The notes beneath the pieces are model-generated. The model was not told the DNA's origin, ran no database searches, and was given only the letters and a program-made list of their open reading frames with translations. 64,000 bases of DNA, from NCBI GenBank assembly GCA_040755855.1, contig JBFMAD010000003.1:241695-305694 (forward strand). The letters run 5' to 3'. This document shows, piece by piece, positions 51,062 through 60,418 of this stretch. Numbering within the stretch: position 1 is the first letter of the stretch; each line of letters starts with the position of its first letter. Source of the stretch: Planctomycetota bacterium. GTDB taxonomy: Bacteria; Planctomycetota; Brocadiia; JAADGH01. Position numbers and translations under genes: made by a program.

Positions 51062-54000
51062 AGCTGTCAAATTTCTCCATCCACCGGCCGATCACGACGC
51101 TGATGGTCGTGGTCTGCATTGTCGTGCTCGGCTGGATCTCCCTGCCCGACCTCTCGTCGCCGAAACAGGCGGATTCGTCCGGTTCCACGGACGACCGCGC
51201 CCGCAAGCGGAGCGCCTCGCTGCACAGCATTCCGTTGGAGTATCTGCCCGAGATTTCCTCCACCCGCCTGCATATCAGCGTGCCCTACACATCCTCTTCC
51301 CCAAAGGAGGTGGAGGAGCACATCACCATCCCCCTCGAGGAATCCCTCGCCACCGTCAAGGAGGTCGAAGAGATCCGCGGGCGGTCGAGCAGCCGCGAGT
51401 CCAGCGTGACGATGACCTTCAAGCCGGACACAAACATGGACCTCGCCTCGGCCTGGGTCCGCGACAAACTCGACCAGGTCAAGGCCGAACTGCCGGAGGA
51501 CGTGGAGCGGATTCGCATATTCCACTGGCAGAGCACCGACATGTCGGTGGTTGATCTGCAGATATCCTGCGACGGCGACCAGGAGGACTTGCAGGACGCG
51601 GTGAAAGAGATTCAACGGCGCCTGGAGCGTCTCGAAGGCGTCGCCGGCGTGGAGGTCAGGGGGATGGAGGAACGGAAGGTTCTCATTGACCTCGACCTCG
51701 AAAGAATGAGGTCCCACCGCGTGGACTCCTACGCCCTTCGGCAGGCGCTCAGGCAGAACAACATCAACGTCTCGGCCGGCTATATCGTCGAGGGCGGCCG
51801 GCGGTACGCCGTTCGCGCGCTCGGGGAGTTCCGGACCGTGGAGGACATCGCCTCGCTGGGCCTGCGGGGAGGCAAGGTGCGACTGAAGGATATTGCGGCC
51901 GTGCGCTTCGACTACCCCGAAAAGGAAAACTACCAGCAGGTGGACGGACGGGAAGCCATTGTTCTTGATGTGATGAAATCCTCCTCCGCCAATCTCATCA
52001 ACGTCGCCCGAGTTATACAGGCGGAGGTGAATGTCATCCGGCGCGACATGGCGCACAAATACCCGCGTCTTGGCCTGAAGATAGACATCCAACGGGACCG
52101 GTCAACGGACATCCTAAACAGCCTGAAAAACATCCGGAACTCCGGATTGACCGGAGGCGTGCTCGTCGTCCTCGTTTTGTTCTTTTTCATGCGCAGCGTT
52201 CGGAGCACGTTCATCATCAGCCTGGCCATCCCGCTCAGCGTGTTCTGCACGATCTGTCTCATGTATTTGAGCATCCGTCTGGGCGGTTCTCGAATCACCT
52301 TGAACATCGTCTCCATGGCCGGCCTGATGCTTTCGCTGGGTATGCTGGTGGACCCTGCCGTGGTGGTGCTTGAGAACATCTTTCGCCTCCGCCAGGATGA
52401 GGGGCTTGCCGCTGTTGAAGCGGCCAAGGCCGGCACGAGCGATGTCGCCCTCGCCGTCCTGGCCGCCACGGCCACCACGATGTGCGTCTTTGTGCCGCTG
52501 ATCTTCTTCACCACGGGGATGTTGTCGGTTTATTTGTACGACTTCGGGATCACCATCTGCTTCGCGCTGTTCTCATCGCTCGTTGTCGCCATGACCCTTG
52601 TGCCTCTCCTGGCGTCGCGCATCATGGCGCGCGGGCTGCGCGAAAAGGCCGGATGGCTGCACAAGCTGACCTACGGCTATTCCTGGTTCCTGGGCCTCAC
52701 GCTACGCTTTCGGTGGACCTTCGTTCTCGCGGTGATCCCGCTTGCCTTATTCTCCTTCTATCTCTACGCAAACCTGCCGCAGGAACGAGGCCGGCAGCGG
52801 GCGCGGCTGGTTCCCATCCGCGTGGACACGCCGAGGAGCTACACCATCGAGCAGACGCGCGACCTGTTCCAGCAACTTGTCAAAACCATTGAGCCGCACG
52901 GGAAAGCCCTCGAGATTGATGTCATCGCGGCCAATTTCGACCGTCGCGGCGGGCAATTGAGGATCAAATTGATCGAGGGCGACGAGGCTCGAAAGGATAC
53001 AGACAAAATAAAAGATGAGATTATGTCCAGACTCCCTGTCGTTGCCGGCGTCCGGTATCGGGCCGGGCGGATGTGGGGAATGAGCGGAGAGGAGACGGGC
53101 GTATCCATCGAGATCGTCGGCAAGTCCGCCGACACGCTGGAACGACTTGCCGAGGCGCTTCGGGTGCGCTTAGAGTCGGTCCCCTTTGCCAAGGACGTGG
53201 ACAGCAGCCTCGAAGCCGGCAACGAAGAGATCCGGGCGACTGTCAATCGAGAAAAGGCCCAGGAGTACGGCCTCTCGCCCCAGCGCGTGGCCTTTGGAGT
53301 CAGCGCCGCGCTGAGCGCGCGCGCCGCGAGCAAGTTCAAGCGCAGGGACCGCGAAGTGGACATCAGCCTCCAGTTGGCCGAGGAAGATCGCCTCAGCCTC
53401 GAACAACTCAAAAACCTGGAGTTCGAGAATCCTAACACAGAGAACGTGACCTTTGACCGGCTCGCCGATTTCAAGCGCGTCAAGGGGCCCGTCTCCCTCG
53501 AACGACAGGACAAACGCACGATCGTCCGCGTGACCACCAATGTGGACAAAGGCCAGAAATTCATGGCCGAGAAAGCCGTCGAAGCGCTTATGAAGGATTT
53601 CCCCATGCCGCCCGGATACTCGTGGCGCTTTGCCGAAGAATGGCGGCGGCATCAGGAGGAGAGCGAAATGTTCTTCGGCGAAATCCTGGCCGTCGTCATC
53701 ACTTACATAATTATGGCCGCCCTCTTCGAATCGTTCGCCCACCCCTTTGTGATCCTGCTGTCTATCCCATTCGCCATGACAGGCGTCGCCTTCTCCTTCC
53801 ACATGATCGGCGTCCCGGTGGACTACTTCACCCACATCGGCATCTTCCTGCTCATCGGTCTCGTGGTGAACAACGCCATCGTGCTTATTGACTACATCAA
53901 CCGGTTGCGCCGCTCCGGCATGGACCGCTCCACTGCCATCATCCAGGGGGGCAGCCACCGACTCCGCCCAATACTGATGACCACCATCACCACGGTCCTA

Positions 54001-54306
54001 GGGCTCCTTCCCATGGTCTGGCCTCTGCTGCTGCCGGGCATCACCGGCTTCGTGGACGCCTGGATGCCGGGATTCATCGGCGGGGTGTACCATTGGCTGG
54101 TCGCCCTCGGAGAGAAATGGCTGCCGAGCATGTTCGGGCCCCTCGAAGGCAGAGACCGTTCCTGGGGGCCGATCTGCCTTGTCCTGATCTCCGGCCTTAT
54201 CACATCCACCATCCTCACGCTTGTCGTCATGCCCACCATCTACGCCATTGTGGACGACCTGGCCGGCTGGCTGAAAAAGACGATCCTGGGCATTGCGCCG
54301 GCATGA
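51058..54306 (+). CDS. RND efflux permease, second subunit
   Basis: GMLVDPAVVVLENI, FES..HPF, VVNNAIVLID, RLRPILMT; ATGA overlap. Confidence 0.92.
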   Translation: MKLSNFSIHRPITTLMVVVCIVVLGWISLPDLSSPKQADSSGSTDDRARKRSASLHSIPLEYLPEISSTRLHISVPYTSSSPKEVEEHITIPLEESLATVKEVEEIRGRSSSRESSVTMTFKPDTNMDLASAWVRDKLDQVKAELPEDVERIRIFHWQSTDMSVVDLQISCDGDQEDLQDAVKEIQRRLERLEGVAGVEVRGMEERKVLIDLDLERMRSHRVDSYALRQALRQNNINVSAGYIVEGGRRYAVRALGEFRTVEDIASLGLRGGKVRLKDIAAVRFDYPEKENYQQVDGREAIVLDVMKSSSANLINVARVIQAEVNVIRRDMAHKYPRLGLKIDIQRDRSTDILNSLKNIRNSGLTGGVLVVLVLFFFMRSVRSTFIISLAIPLSVFCTICLMYLSIRLGGSRITLNIVSMAGLMLSLGMLVDPAVVVLENIFRLRQDEGLAAVEAAKAGTSDVALAVLAATATTMCVFVPLIFFTTGMLSVYLYDFGITICFALFSSLVVAMTLVPLLASRIMARGLREKAGWLHKLTYGYSWFLGLTLRFRWTFVLAVIPLALFSFYLYANLPQERGRQRARLVPIRVDTPRSYTIEQTRDLFQQLVKTIEPHGKALEIDVIAANFDRRGGQLRIKLIEGDEARKDTDKIKDEIMSRLPVVAGVRYRAGRMWGMSGEETGVSIEIVGKSADTLERLAEALRVRLESVPFAKDVDSSLEAGNEEIRATVNREKAQEYGLSPQRVAFGVSAALSARAASKFKRRDREVDISLQLAEEDRLSLEQLKNLEFENPNTENVTFDRLADFKRVKGPVSLERQDKRTIVRVTTNVDKGQKFMAEKAVEALMKDFPMPPGYSWRFAEEWRRHQEESEMFFGEILAVVITYIIMAALFESFAHPFVILLSIPFAMTGVAFSFHMIGVPVDYFTHIGIFLLIGLVVNNAIVLIDYINRLRRSGMDRSTAIIQGGSHRLRPILMTTITTVLGLLPMVWPLLLPGITGFVDAWMPGFIGGVYHWLVALGEKWLPSMFGPLEGRDRSWGPICLVLISGLITSTILTLVVMPTIYAIVDDLAGWLKKTILGIAPA

Positions 54307-54396
54307 TTTGACTTGAAAAAGTGCAATCGGTTGGATATAATTTTTTATAGAATGTGGAATTCTTATTCCGAATTCCGCACTCTGCATTCAAAATGT

Positions 54397-54474
54397 GGTG
54401 AGTGTAGCTCAATTGGTTAGAGCATCAGATTGTGGTTCTGAGGGCTGAGGGTTCGAGTCCCTTCACTCACCCCA
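54397..54474 (+). tRNA. tRNA-His(GTG) with encoded G-1
   Basis: G-GTGAGTG acceptor pairing CACTCAC-C-CCA; CAGA-TT-GTG-GT-TCTG anticodon arm; upstream TTGAAA-N17-TATAAT. Confidence 0.96.
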
Positions 54475-54598
54475 TTTTACCCATTGGGTGCGGCAGGTCT
54501 TGGATACAACATACGGCCTCTGCGGGAGGCCGTTTTCCTGTACTCAGACATGGCGGCTGACGGCAAATGGATTGAATATATTTATCGGTGCGATGGCC

Positions 54599-55657
54599 AT
54601 GAAGAAAAATGAACACGTGGCGAATTTTATCAAGGCGATGACCTTCGAGAAACCCGACTGGATTCCGTGCACCGTGTCGTGCCTGCCCGCGACGCGGACG
54701 AAGTACGAGGATACGCTCGACGAGATTTTTCTCCAGCATCCGAATCTCTTCCCCGGCTTCAAACCGGGCGGGTGGAAGGACCAGAAGCTCGACCGCAACT
54801 ACCGCGCCGGGCGGTGGACCGACGCATGGGGCGTCGTGTGGGACAACTGCGAGGAGGGCATGGCCGCCATCCCCGTCGAGGATAAGGCCCCGATCCAGGA
54901 CTGGGCGGCGTTTGATACCTATACCCCACCCGACCCGATGCAGGTCGATGACCACGGCGATCGCGTGGACTGGGCCGCCCGCGCCGCGAGCTGCGCCCGG
55001 GCGAAGGAGCACGGCGGCCTGGCGAGCGGCCATCTCATCCACGGGTTCATGTTCATGCGGCTCTTCTATTTGCGCGGGTTCAGCAACTTTATGATTGACG
55101 TGGGCACGCACGACCCGCGCTTAGACCGGCTCGTCTCGATGGTCCTGGACCACAACGTCGTTCTCGTGGACAAGTGGCTCGAGTGCGGCATCGAGCTGCT
55201 CAGCGGCGGCGACGACATGGGCATGCAGACATCCCTCCCCATCCGTCCCGAGGACTGGCGGCGCTACCTGAAGCCGTGCTTCGAGGCGATCTTCGGGCGC
55301 TGCCGCGACCGGGGGGTGCATGTCTATCTCCACTCCGACGGCCACATCGTCGAGATCATCCCGGACCTGGTGGAGTGCGGGGTCACGGTCATCAACCCGC
55401 AGATTCGGGCCAACACGCTCAAGGGCCTGGTGGATGTGGCGAAGGGCACTGTGTGCATCAACCTCGACTTGGACCGGCAGATGTTCCCCTTTGCGACGCC
55501 CGCCGAGATCAAGGCGCATATCCACGAGTGCCGCGATGCGCTACACTCCCACGACGGCGGCCTCATGCTCAACGCCGAGTGCGCGCCCGACGTGCCCCTG
55601 GCCAACATCAAGGCCATCTGCGAGGCGTTAGAGGAGGTCGGCTGCGGGCCGAGGTGA
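54599..55657 (+). CDS. Uroporphyrinogen decarboxylase / MtaA-CmuA-like family protein
   Basis: TDAWGVVW, YLRG..NF..D, GDDMG.Q, YLKP, LHSDG.I..I.PDL.E.G....NPQ, GG....E..PDVP.ANI. Start could also be 54593. Confidence 0.8.
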   Translation: MKKNEHVANFIKAMTFEKPDWIPCTVSCLPATRTKYEDTLDEIFLQHPNLFPGFKPGGWKDQKLDRNYRAGRWTDAWGVVWDNCEEGMAAIPVEDKAPIQDWAAFDTYTPPDPMQVDDHGDRVDWAARAASCARAKEHGGLASGHLIHGFMFMRLFYLRGFSNFMIDVGTHDPRLDRLVSMVLDHNVVLVDKWLECGIELLSGGDDMGMQTSLPIRPEDWRRYLKPCFEAIFGRCRDRGVHVYLHSDGHIVEIIPDLVECGVTVINPQIRANTLKGLVDVAKGTVCINLDLDRQMFPFATPAEIKAHIHECRDALHSHDGGLMLNAECAPDVPLANIKAICEALEEVGCGPR

Positions 55658-55751
55658 ACAACACAGCAGTGCCCGCCGATTTTCGCGGGGATGGCTGGCG
55701 GCCGGACCTCGTATATCCATGTGGGTACGGTGCGCGAAGGGAGTGCCGCAA

Positions 55752-56954
55752 ATGAGAGCGATAAAACTCGCGGCGATGGTGGTCGTTGCCGGCGCGCTTG
55801 CCGTGAAGCCGATGTATGCCGGCAATCCCGCCTGCAGATACACAGTCGTGGACACCGGCCAGGTCACGTGCCACGACAACCAGAGGGAGATTCCCTTTCC
55901 CAAGCGCGGGCAGCCGTTCTTCGGCCAGGACGCGCAGTATGACGGCAACCTGCCCGCCTATAAGGACAATGGCGACGGCACGATCACGGACCTCCAGACC
56001 GGCCTCATCTGGCAGAAGACGCCGGACTTCGTGACCCGCTCCTGGGAGGAGGCGGGCCGATACGCCGAGTCCCACAAACTCGCCGGGCGCGCCGACTGGC
56101 GGCTGCCGACGATCAAGGAGCTTTTCTCCATCGCCGACTTCCGTGGGAACATGCGGACCTCCACCCCCTACATTGACACGCGCTACTTTGACTTCAAGTA
56201 TCCCGACACCTCCACGGGCGTGCGGATCATTGACGCCCAATACTGGTCCAGCAACCGCTACGTCGGGACGACCATGCGCGGGGATGAGAGCGCCTTCGGC
56301 TTCAACTTCGCCGACGGGCGGATCAAGAGTTATCCCATCCGATTCGGCGGCGGTCACCGCGGCCCGCCCGGGGGCCGGATGGGGACGCAGAAGTACGTTC
56401 GATGTGTCCGCGGGCCCGCGTACGGGGAGAACGATTTCGCGGACAACGGCGACGGTTCGATCACCGACCGCGCCACGGGTCTCATGTGGACCAAGGCCGA
56501 CAGCGGTAAGGCCATGAACTGGGAGCAGGCGCTCCGATACGCTGAGGACCTGAGCCTTGCGGGCCATGACGACTGGCGTCTGCCCAACGTGAAGGAGCTG
56601 CAAAGCATCGTGGACTACAGCCGCGCCCCCGACGCCCGCGCCCCCGACGCCCGCGGCGCGGCCATTGACCCCATCTTCAGCCTGACCGAGCCGGAGTCAT
56701 GGTTCTGGACGAGCACGACCCATCTCGAAAACCGCTTCGGCTACTATGTCTGCTTCGGCCAGGCCTTTTCCGCGAGGCAGTGGAACGGAAAACGGATGAA
56801 CGCCCACGGGGCCGGGGCGGTGCGCAGCGACCCGAAGGCCGGGGATCCGTCGCAGTGGGCCGACGGCCTCGGGCCTCAGTCCGACGAGGTCAGAATCCTC
56901 AACTACGTCCGATGCGTCAGGGGCGGAGGAGTGAAATCCCGACCATCCCCCTGA
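55752..56954 (+). CDS. Secreted DUF1566 (Lcl C-terminal) domain protein, two copies of the domain
   Basis: VDTGQ..C, GQDAQY, two DNGDG.ITD..TGL.W / DWRLP..KEL.SI modules, YVRCVR. Confidence 0.88.
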   Translation: MRAIKLAAMVVVAGALAVKPMYAGNPACRYTVVDTGQVTCHDNQREIPFPKRGQPFFGQDAQYDGNLPAYKDNGDGTITDLQTGLIWQKTPDFVTRSWEEAGRYAESHKLAGRADWRLPTIKELFSIADFRGNMRTSTPYIDTRYFDFKYPDTSTGVRIIDAQYWSSNRYVGTTMRGDESAFGFNFADGRIKSYPIRFGGGHRGPPGGRMGTQKYVRCVRGPAYGENDFADNGDGSITDRATGLMWTKADSGKAMNWEQALRYAEDLSLAGHDDWRLPNVKELQSIVDYSRAPDARAPDARGAAIDPIFSLTEPESWFWTSTTHLENRFGYYVCFGQAFSARQWNGKRMNAHGAGAVRSDPKAGDPSQWADGLGPQSDEVRILNYVRCVRGGGVKSRPSP

Positions 56955-56968
56955 CAGCTTTCGGTCGG

Positions 56969-57637
56969 TCACAGAAGGTCCAGCAGTTCCATTGGCCTCT
57001 CGACCAGCACCTTCGCGCCGTTCGTCGTCAACTCATCGGCTTCGCGGAAGCCCCACAGCGCGCCGACGGGGAACATGCCGGCGGCGACGGCGGTTTGCAT
57101 GTCCGTGTTGGTGTCGCCCAGGTAGAGAAACTCCGAAGGGGGCACGCGCACCTGCTCGGCGATGTCTAACGCGACGGTAGGGTCGGGTTTTTTCCTCCCG
57201 TCCTCCCGGACCCCCCGGATTACCGCGAAGGTCCAGTCCGGCAGCAGCTTTTCGACGCAGAGTCTCGTGAAGTCGTCGGGCTTGTTGGACAGCACCGCCA
57301 TGGCGATCCCCCGCCCGACGAGGGCGTCGAGCAGCTCCGGCACGCCGTCGTATGGCCGGGTCTTGTCGGCCCAGCGGCGGCCGTATTCCTCCCGCATTTC
57401 CCCGATGCACGCCCTCACAAGCGCCTCGTCGCGCCGATCCTGCGGCAGGACCCGCAGCACAAGATTGACCACGCCGTCGCCCACGAAATACCTGTATGCC
57501 GGAACCGGATGCGTCGGGAAGCCGCGGCGTTCCAGCACGGCGTTCGTCGAGTCGGCCAGGTCATCCAGCGTGTCCAGCAGCGTCCCGTCTAGGTCGAATA
57601 ACACAGCGCTAAACGTCATTCTGCCTTCCATTCCCAT
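56969..57637 (-). CDS. HAD-family hydrolase (phosphoglycolate phosphatase-like)
   Basis: FDLDGTLLD, LSNK, KPDP, YLGDT.TDM, WGFR. Start could also be 57619. Confidence 0.9.
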   Translation of the reverse strand: MGMEGRMTFSAVLFDLDGTLLDTLDDLADSTNAVLERRGFPTHPVPAYRYFVGDGVVNLVLRVLPQDRRDEALVRACIGEMREEYGRRWADKTRPYDGVPELLDALVGRGIAMAVLSNKPDDFTRLCVEKLLPDWTFAVIRGVREDGRKKPDPTVALDIAEQVRVPPSEFLYLGDTNTDMQTAVAAGMFPVGALWGFREADELTTNGAKVLVERPMELLDLL

Positions 57638-57775
57638 ACGAAATTCATTGTTACGTGTAGGCTATCACGATACAACTGAGCGTGTCAACAGCGAGACCTT
57701 TTTCCGATGCTTTCTCTGCAACAAGACGCTATAATAAAGTCCAGGTAACTTATCTCCGCTCTCGGAGGCGAAACG

Positions 57776-58198
57776 ATGAGCAAGAGGATATCCGTCATTG
57801 ACAGCGAACGCTGCGTCGGCTGCCAGAGCTGCATGTTCGCATGCGTCCGGCGGGGCGGCGTGGGCGGCCTGGACGGGTCGCGCATCCACGTACGCTCCGA
57901 CGGCGGCATCGAGCGCGGCTTTGTCGTCATCGTCTGTCGCGCCTGCGCTGAGCCGCAGTGCATGAAGGTCTGCCCCGTTGACGCCCTGCAACCGCGCAAG
58001 GGCGGCGGCGTGAAATTGATCGCCGACAAGTGCCTCGGGTGCGGCCTGTGCATCGAGGCATGTCCACTTGGGGCCGTGTTCTGGGACGACGACGTGAACA
58101 AGCCTGCCATCTGCGTTTATTGCGGGACGTGCGCCAAGTACTGTCCCCATGCCGTCCTCGCGCTGGAGGATGTGGAGGAGGTGCAACATGCTTCCTGA
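57776..58198 (+). CDS. 4Fe-4S dicluster ferredoxin-like subunit
   Basis: Four CxxCxxCxxxC-type motifs. Confidence 0.9.
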   Translation: MSKRISVIDSERCVGCQSCMFACVRRGGVGGLDGSRIHVRSDGGIERGFVVIVCRACAEPQCMKVCPVDALQPRKGGGVKLIADKCLGCGLCIEACPLGAVFWDDDVNKPAICVYCGTCAKYCPHAVLALEDVEEVQHAS

Positions 58199-59945
58199 CG
58201 ACACGCTCTCCCGCATCCTTTACATTGATCTCGCCAAGCGAATGTCGCATGTCGAGAACCGTCCCGACCTTTTCGAGAAGGCAATCGGCGGCGCAGGCGT
58301 GGCGGTGGAACTACTCCACGAAGAATGCCCGGAGGGCGTGAACCCTCTCAGCCCGGATAACCCGATCGTCCTCGCGGTGGGTCCGCTGGTAGGGCTTTAC
58401 CCGCTCGCGTCGAAGACCGTGGCGATGTTCAAGTCTCCGCACACGGGAAACCTGGGCGAGAGCCATGCCGGCGGGCGGAGCGCCGTGGCGATCCGCCTGG
58501 CAGGGTATGGGGCCGTCGTCATCCGCGGCGCCAGCGAGTCGCCGGTGTATGTGGCGATCCACGGCGACCGGGTGCACTTCCGCGACGCTTCCACGCTCTG
58601 GGGCATTCGGAGCAGCTTCACCGTCGGGCGGATCATCCGCGAGCGCGAGCCGAATGCGGGCCTCCGCACGATCATGCGGATCGGCCGCGCGGGGGAGCGG
58701 CTCGTTTCCTATGCCGGCGTGACGACGGAGACCTACCGCCACTTCGGTCGCCTCGGCCTCGGCGCAGTGTTCGGGAGCAAGAAGCTCAAGGCGCTGGTCG
58801 TCTCCGGCAACCGCGCCCTGCCGACGGCCGACGGCAAACAATACAAGAAGGTGTATGAAGAGATCTACGAGGCCGCCGTGAACTCGCCGGTGATGAAGAA
58901 GTACCACGACCTCGGCACGGCAGGCAATGTCCTGCCGCTGAACAAGCTCCGGGGCATGCCGACGAGGAATTTGCGGCAGGCGACCTTCGACGCGGCGGAA
59001 AAAATCTCCGGCGAGACCTTCGCCGAGCACTACCTCGGCCGGCGCGTCGCGTGCAGCCACTGCCCCGTCGGGTGCATCCACCTGGCCGCGCTGCGCGAGC
59101 CGTCGGAACACGAGCCGTATTTCTTTAAGACCTCGATGATCTGCTACGACTACGAGCCGATCTTCGCCCTCGGCGCCATGCTCGGCGGCGACGACCCAAA
59201 GGGCCTGCTCCGGCTCATGGACGCCATCGAGGTCTATTGTCTCGACGCCATGACCACCGGCGTCGTCCTCGCCTGGGCCACCGAGGCGATGGAAAAGGGA
59301 ATCATCTCCGCGAAGGAAACCGCTGGGATCGCGCTTGCCTGGGGCGACTACGCCGGCTATGTCCGGGCCGCTCACGCCATCGTTGATCAGCCGACGGAGT
59401 TCTGCCGCGACCTTGCCAGGGGGATCGAACATGCGTCCGCGAAGTACGGCGGGCAGGACTTCGCTATGGCCTTCGGCGGGAACGAGATGCCCGGCTACCA
59501 CACCGGCCCGGCGGCGTGCCTGAACTACCTCACCGGCGCGCGCCACAGCCACTTGGATAGCGCGGGCTACGGCATTGACCAGAAGAACCTCGCCGAGGGT
59601 AAGGCGATGACGCCGGAGGACCTGGCCGCGGCCCTCGTCAAGGAGGAGCAGTGGCGGCAGGTCCTCGCCGGTCTGGTGGTGTGCTTCTTTGCTCGGAACA
59701 TCTACAAGCCTGACGTGGTCATAAGGGCGTTGCAGACGGCGGGGTGTGACATGAGCGAGGACGACCTGAACCGGATCGGCGCGGATGTGCTCAGGCGCAA
59801 GTACGCCTTCAAGCGCCGCGAGGGATTCGACCTGGAAAAGTCCCGGATCCCGAAACGCGCCCTCGAAACCCCGACGCCGCTCGGCGCCTTGTCCGAAGAC
59901 TTTCTTCGGGCGGCGATGAACGCCTTCAGTGCGCAAGTGCGGTAG
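58188..59945 (+). CDS. Aldehyde:ferredoxin oxidoreductase family (W/Mo) protein
   Basis: KSPHTG..GESHAGG, GR.GLGAVFGSK.LKA, C..CPVGC, DYE, RHSH; overlaps the ferredoxin gene. Confidence 0.92.
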   Translation: MLPDDTLSRILYIDLAKRMSHVENRPDLFEKAIGGAGVAVELLHEECPEGVNPLSPDNPIVLAVGPLVGLYPLASKTVAMFKSPHTGNLGESHAGGRSAVAIRLAGYGAVVIRGASESPVYVAIHGDRVHFRDASTLWGIRSSFTVGRIIREREPNAGLRTIMRIGRAGERLVSYAGVTTETYRHFGRLGLGAVFGSKKLKALVVSGNRALPTADGKQYKKVYEEIYEAAVNSPVMKKYHDLGTAGNVLPLNKLRGMPTRNLRQATFDAAEKISGETFAEHYLGRRVACSHCPVGCIHLAALREPSEHEPYFFKTSMICYDYEPIFALGAMLGGDDPKGLLRLMDAIEVYCLDAMTTGVVLAWATEAMEKGIISAKETAGIALAWGDYAGYVRAAHAIVDQPTEFCRDLARGIEHASAKYGGQDFAMAFGGNEMPGYHTGPAACLNYLTGARHSHLDSAGYGIDQKNLAEGKAMTPEDLAAALVKEEQWRQVLAGLVVCFFARNIYKPDVVIRALQTAGCDMSEDDLNRIGADVLRRKYAFKRREGFDLEKSRIPKRALETPTPLGALSEDFLRAAMNAFSAQVR

Positions 59946-59971
59946 CCTGGCGAAGAGACGCTGCTTTTTCC

Positions 59972-60000
59972 TTGCATCCTTGCTGCCGGGCATGTATAGT
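59972..60000 (+). promoter_or_regulatory. sigma70 promoter
   Basis: TTGCAT-N17-TATAGT. Confidence 0.55.
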
Positions 60001-60053
60001 CTGCTTGGCGCTCTTGGTTTGCGGCTCAAACCCTGTGTAGGAGGGAAGATCGC

Positions 60054-60416
60054 ATGTCAGAATCTTATCAGACCGTCTTCCTGGAAAAGAAGGATGACGT
60101 GTCCATCCTGCGATTCAGGGAGAGCAGCATCCGCGAGGGGCCATACCTTGAACAGGCCCATGAGGACCTTCAGGAGTTCGCCGAGAAGGTCGGCGGCAAG
60201 GTGATCTTCGACTTCGCCAATCTGGAGTTCGTCTCCAGCGCCGGCATCTCCCTGATCCTGTGGCTCAGCGAGCTCCTGCGCTCGCAAGGCGGTCGGCTTG
60301 TGATCTGCGAGGCCCGGCCGGACGTCCTCGAGGTCTTTAAACTCGGCAAGCTGGACATGGTCCTCAAGTTCCTCAAGACCGCCGACGACGCCCTCGCAGC
60401 GCTGAAGAAGGGATAG
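60054..60416 (+). CDS. STAS / anti-sigma factor antagonist
   Basis: VIFDFANLEFVSSAGI, GG.LVIC...P.V.EVF....LD. Confidence 0.88.
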   Translation: MSESYQTVFLEKKDDVSILRFRESSIREGPYLEQAHEDLQEFAEKVGGKVIFDFANLEFVSSAGISLILWLSELLRSQGGRLVICEARPDVLEVFKLGKLDMVLKFLKTADDALAALKKG

Positions 60417-60418
60417 CC

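Noticed and set aside
35002..54474. tRNA-anchored genomic island
   Set aside because: No integrase and no duplicated tRNA 3' end noticed near any of the three tRNAs (checked by eye only).
56622..56654. 15-bp tandem duplication (RAPDA twice) in the DUF1566 gene
   Set aside because: Real but a trivial in-frame loop duplication.
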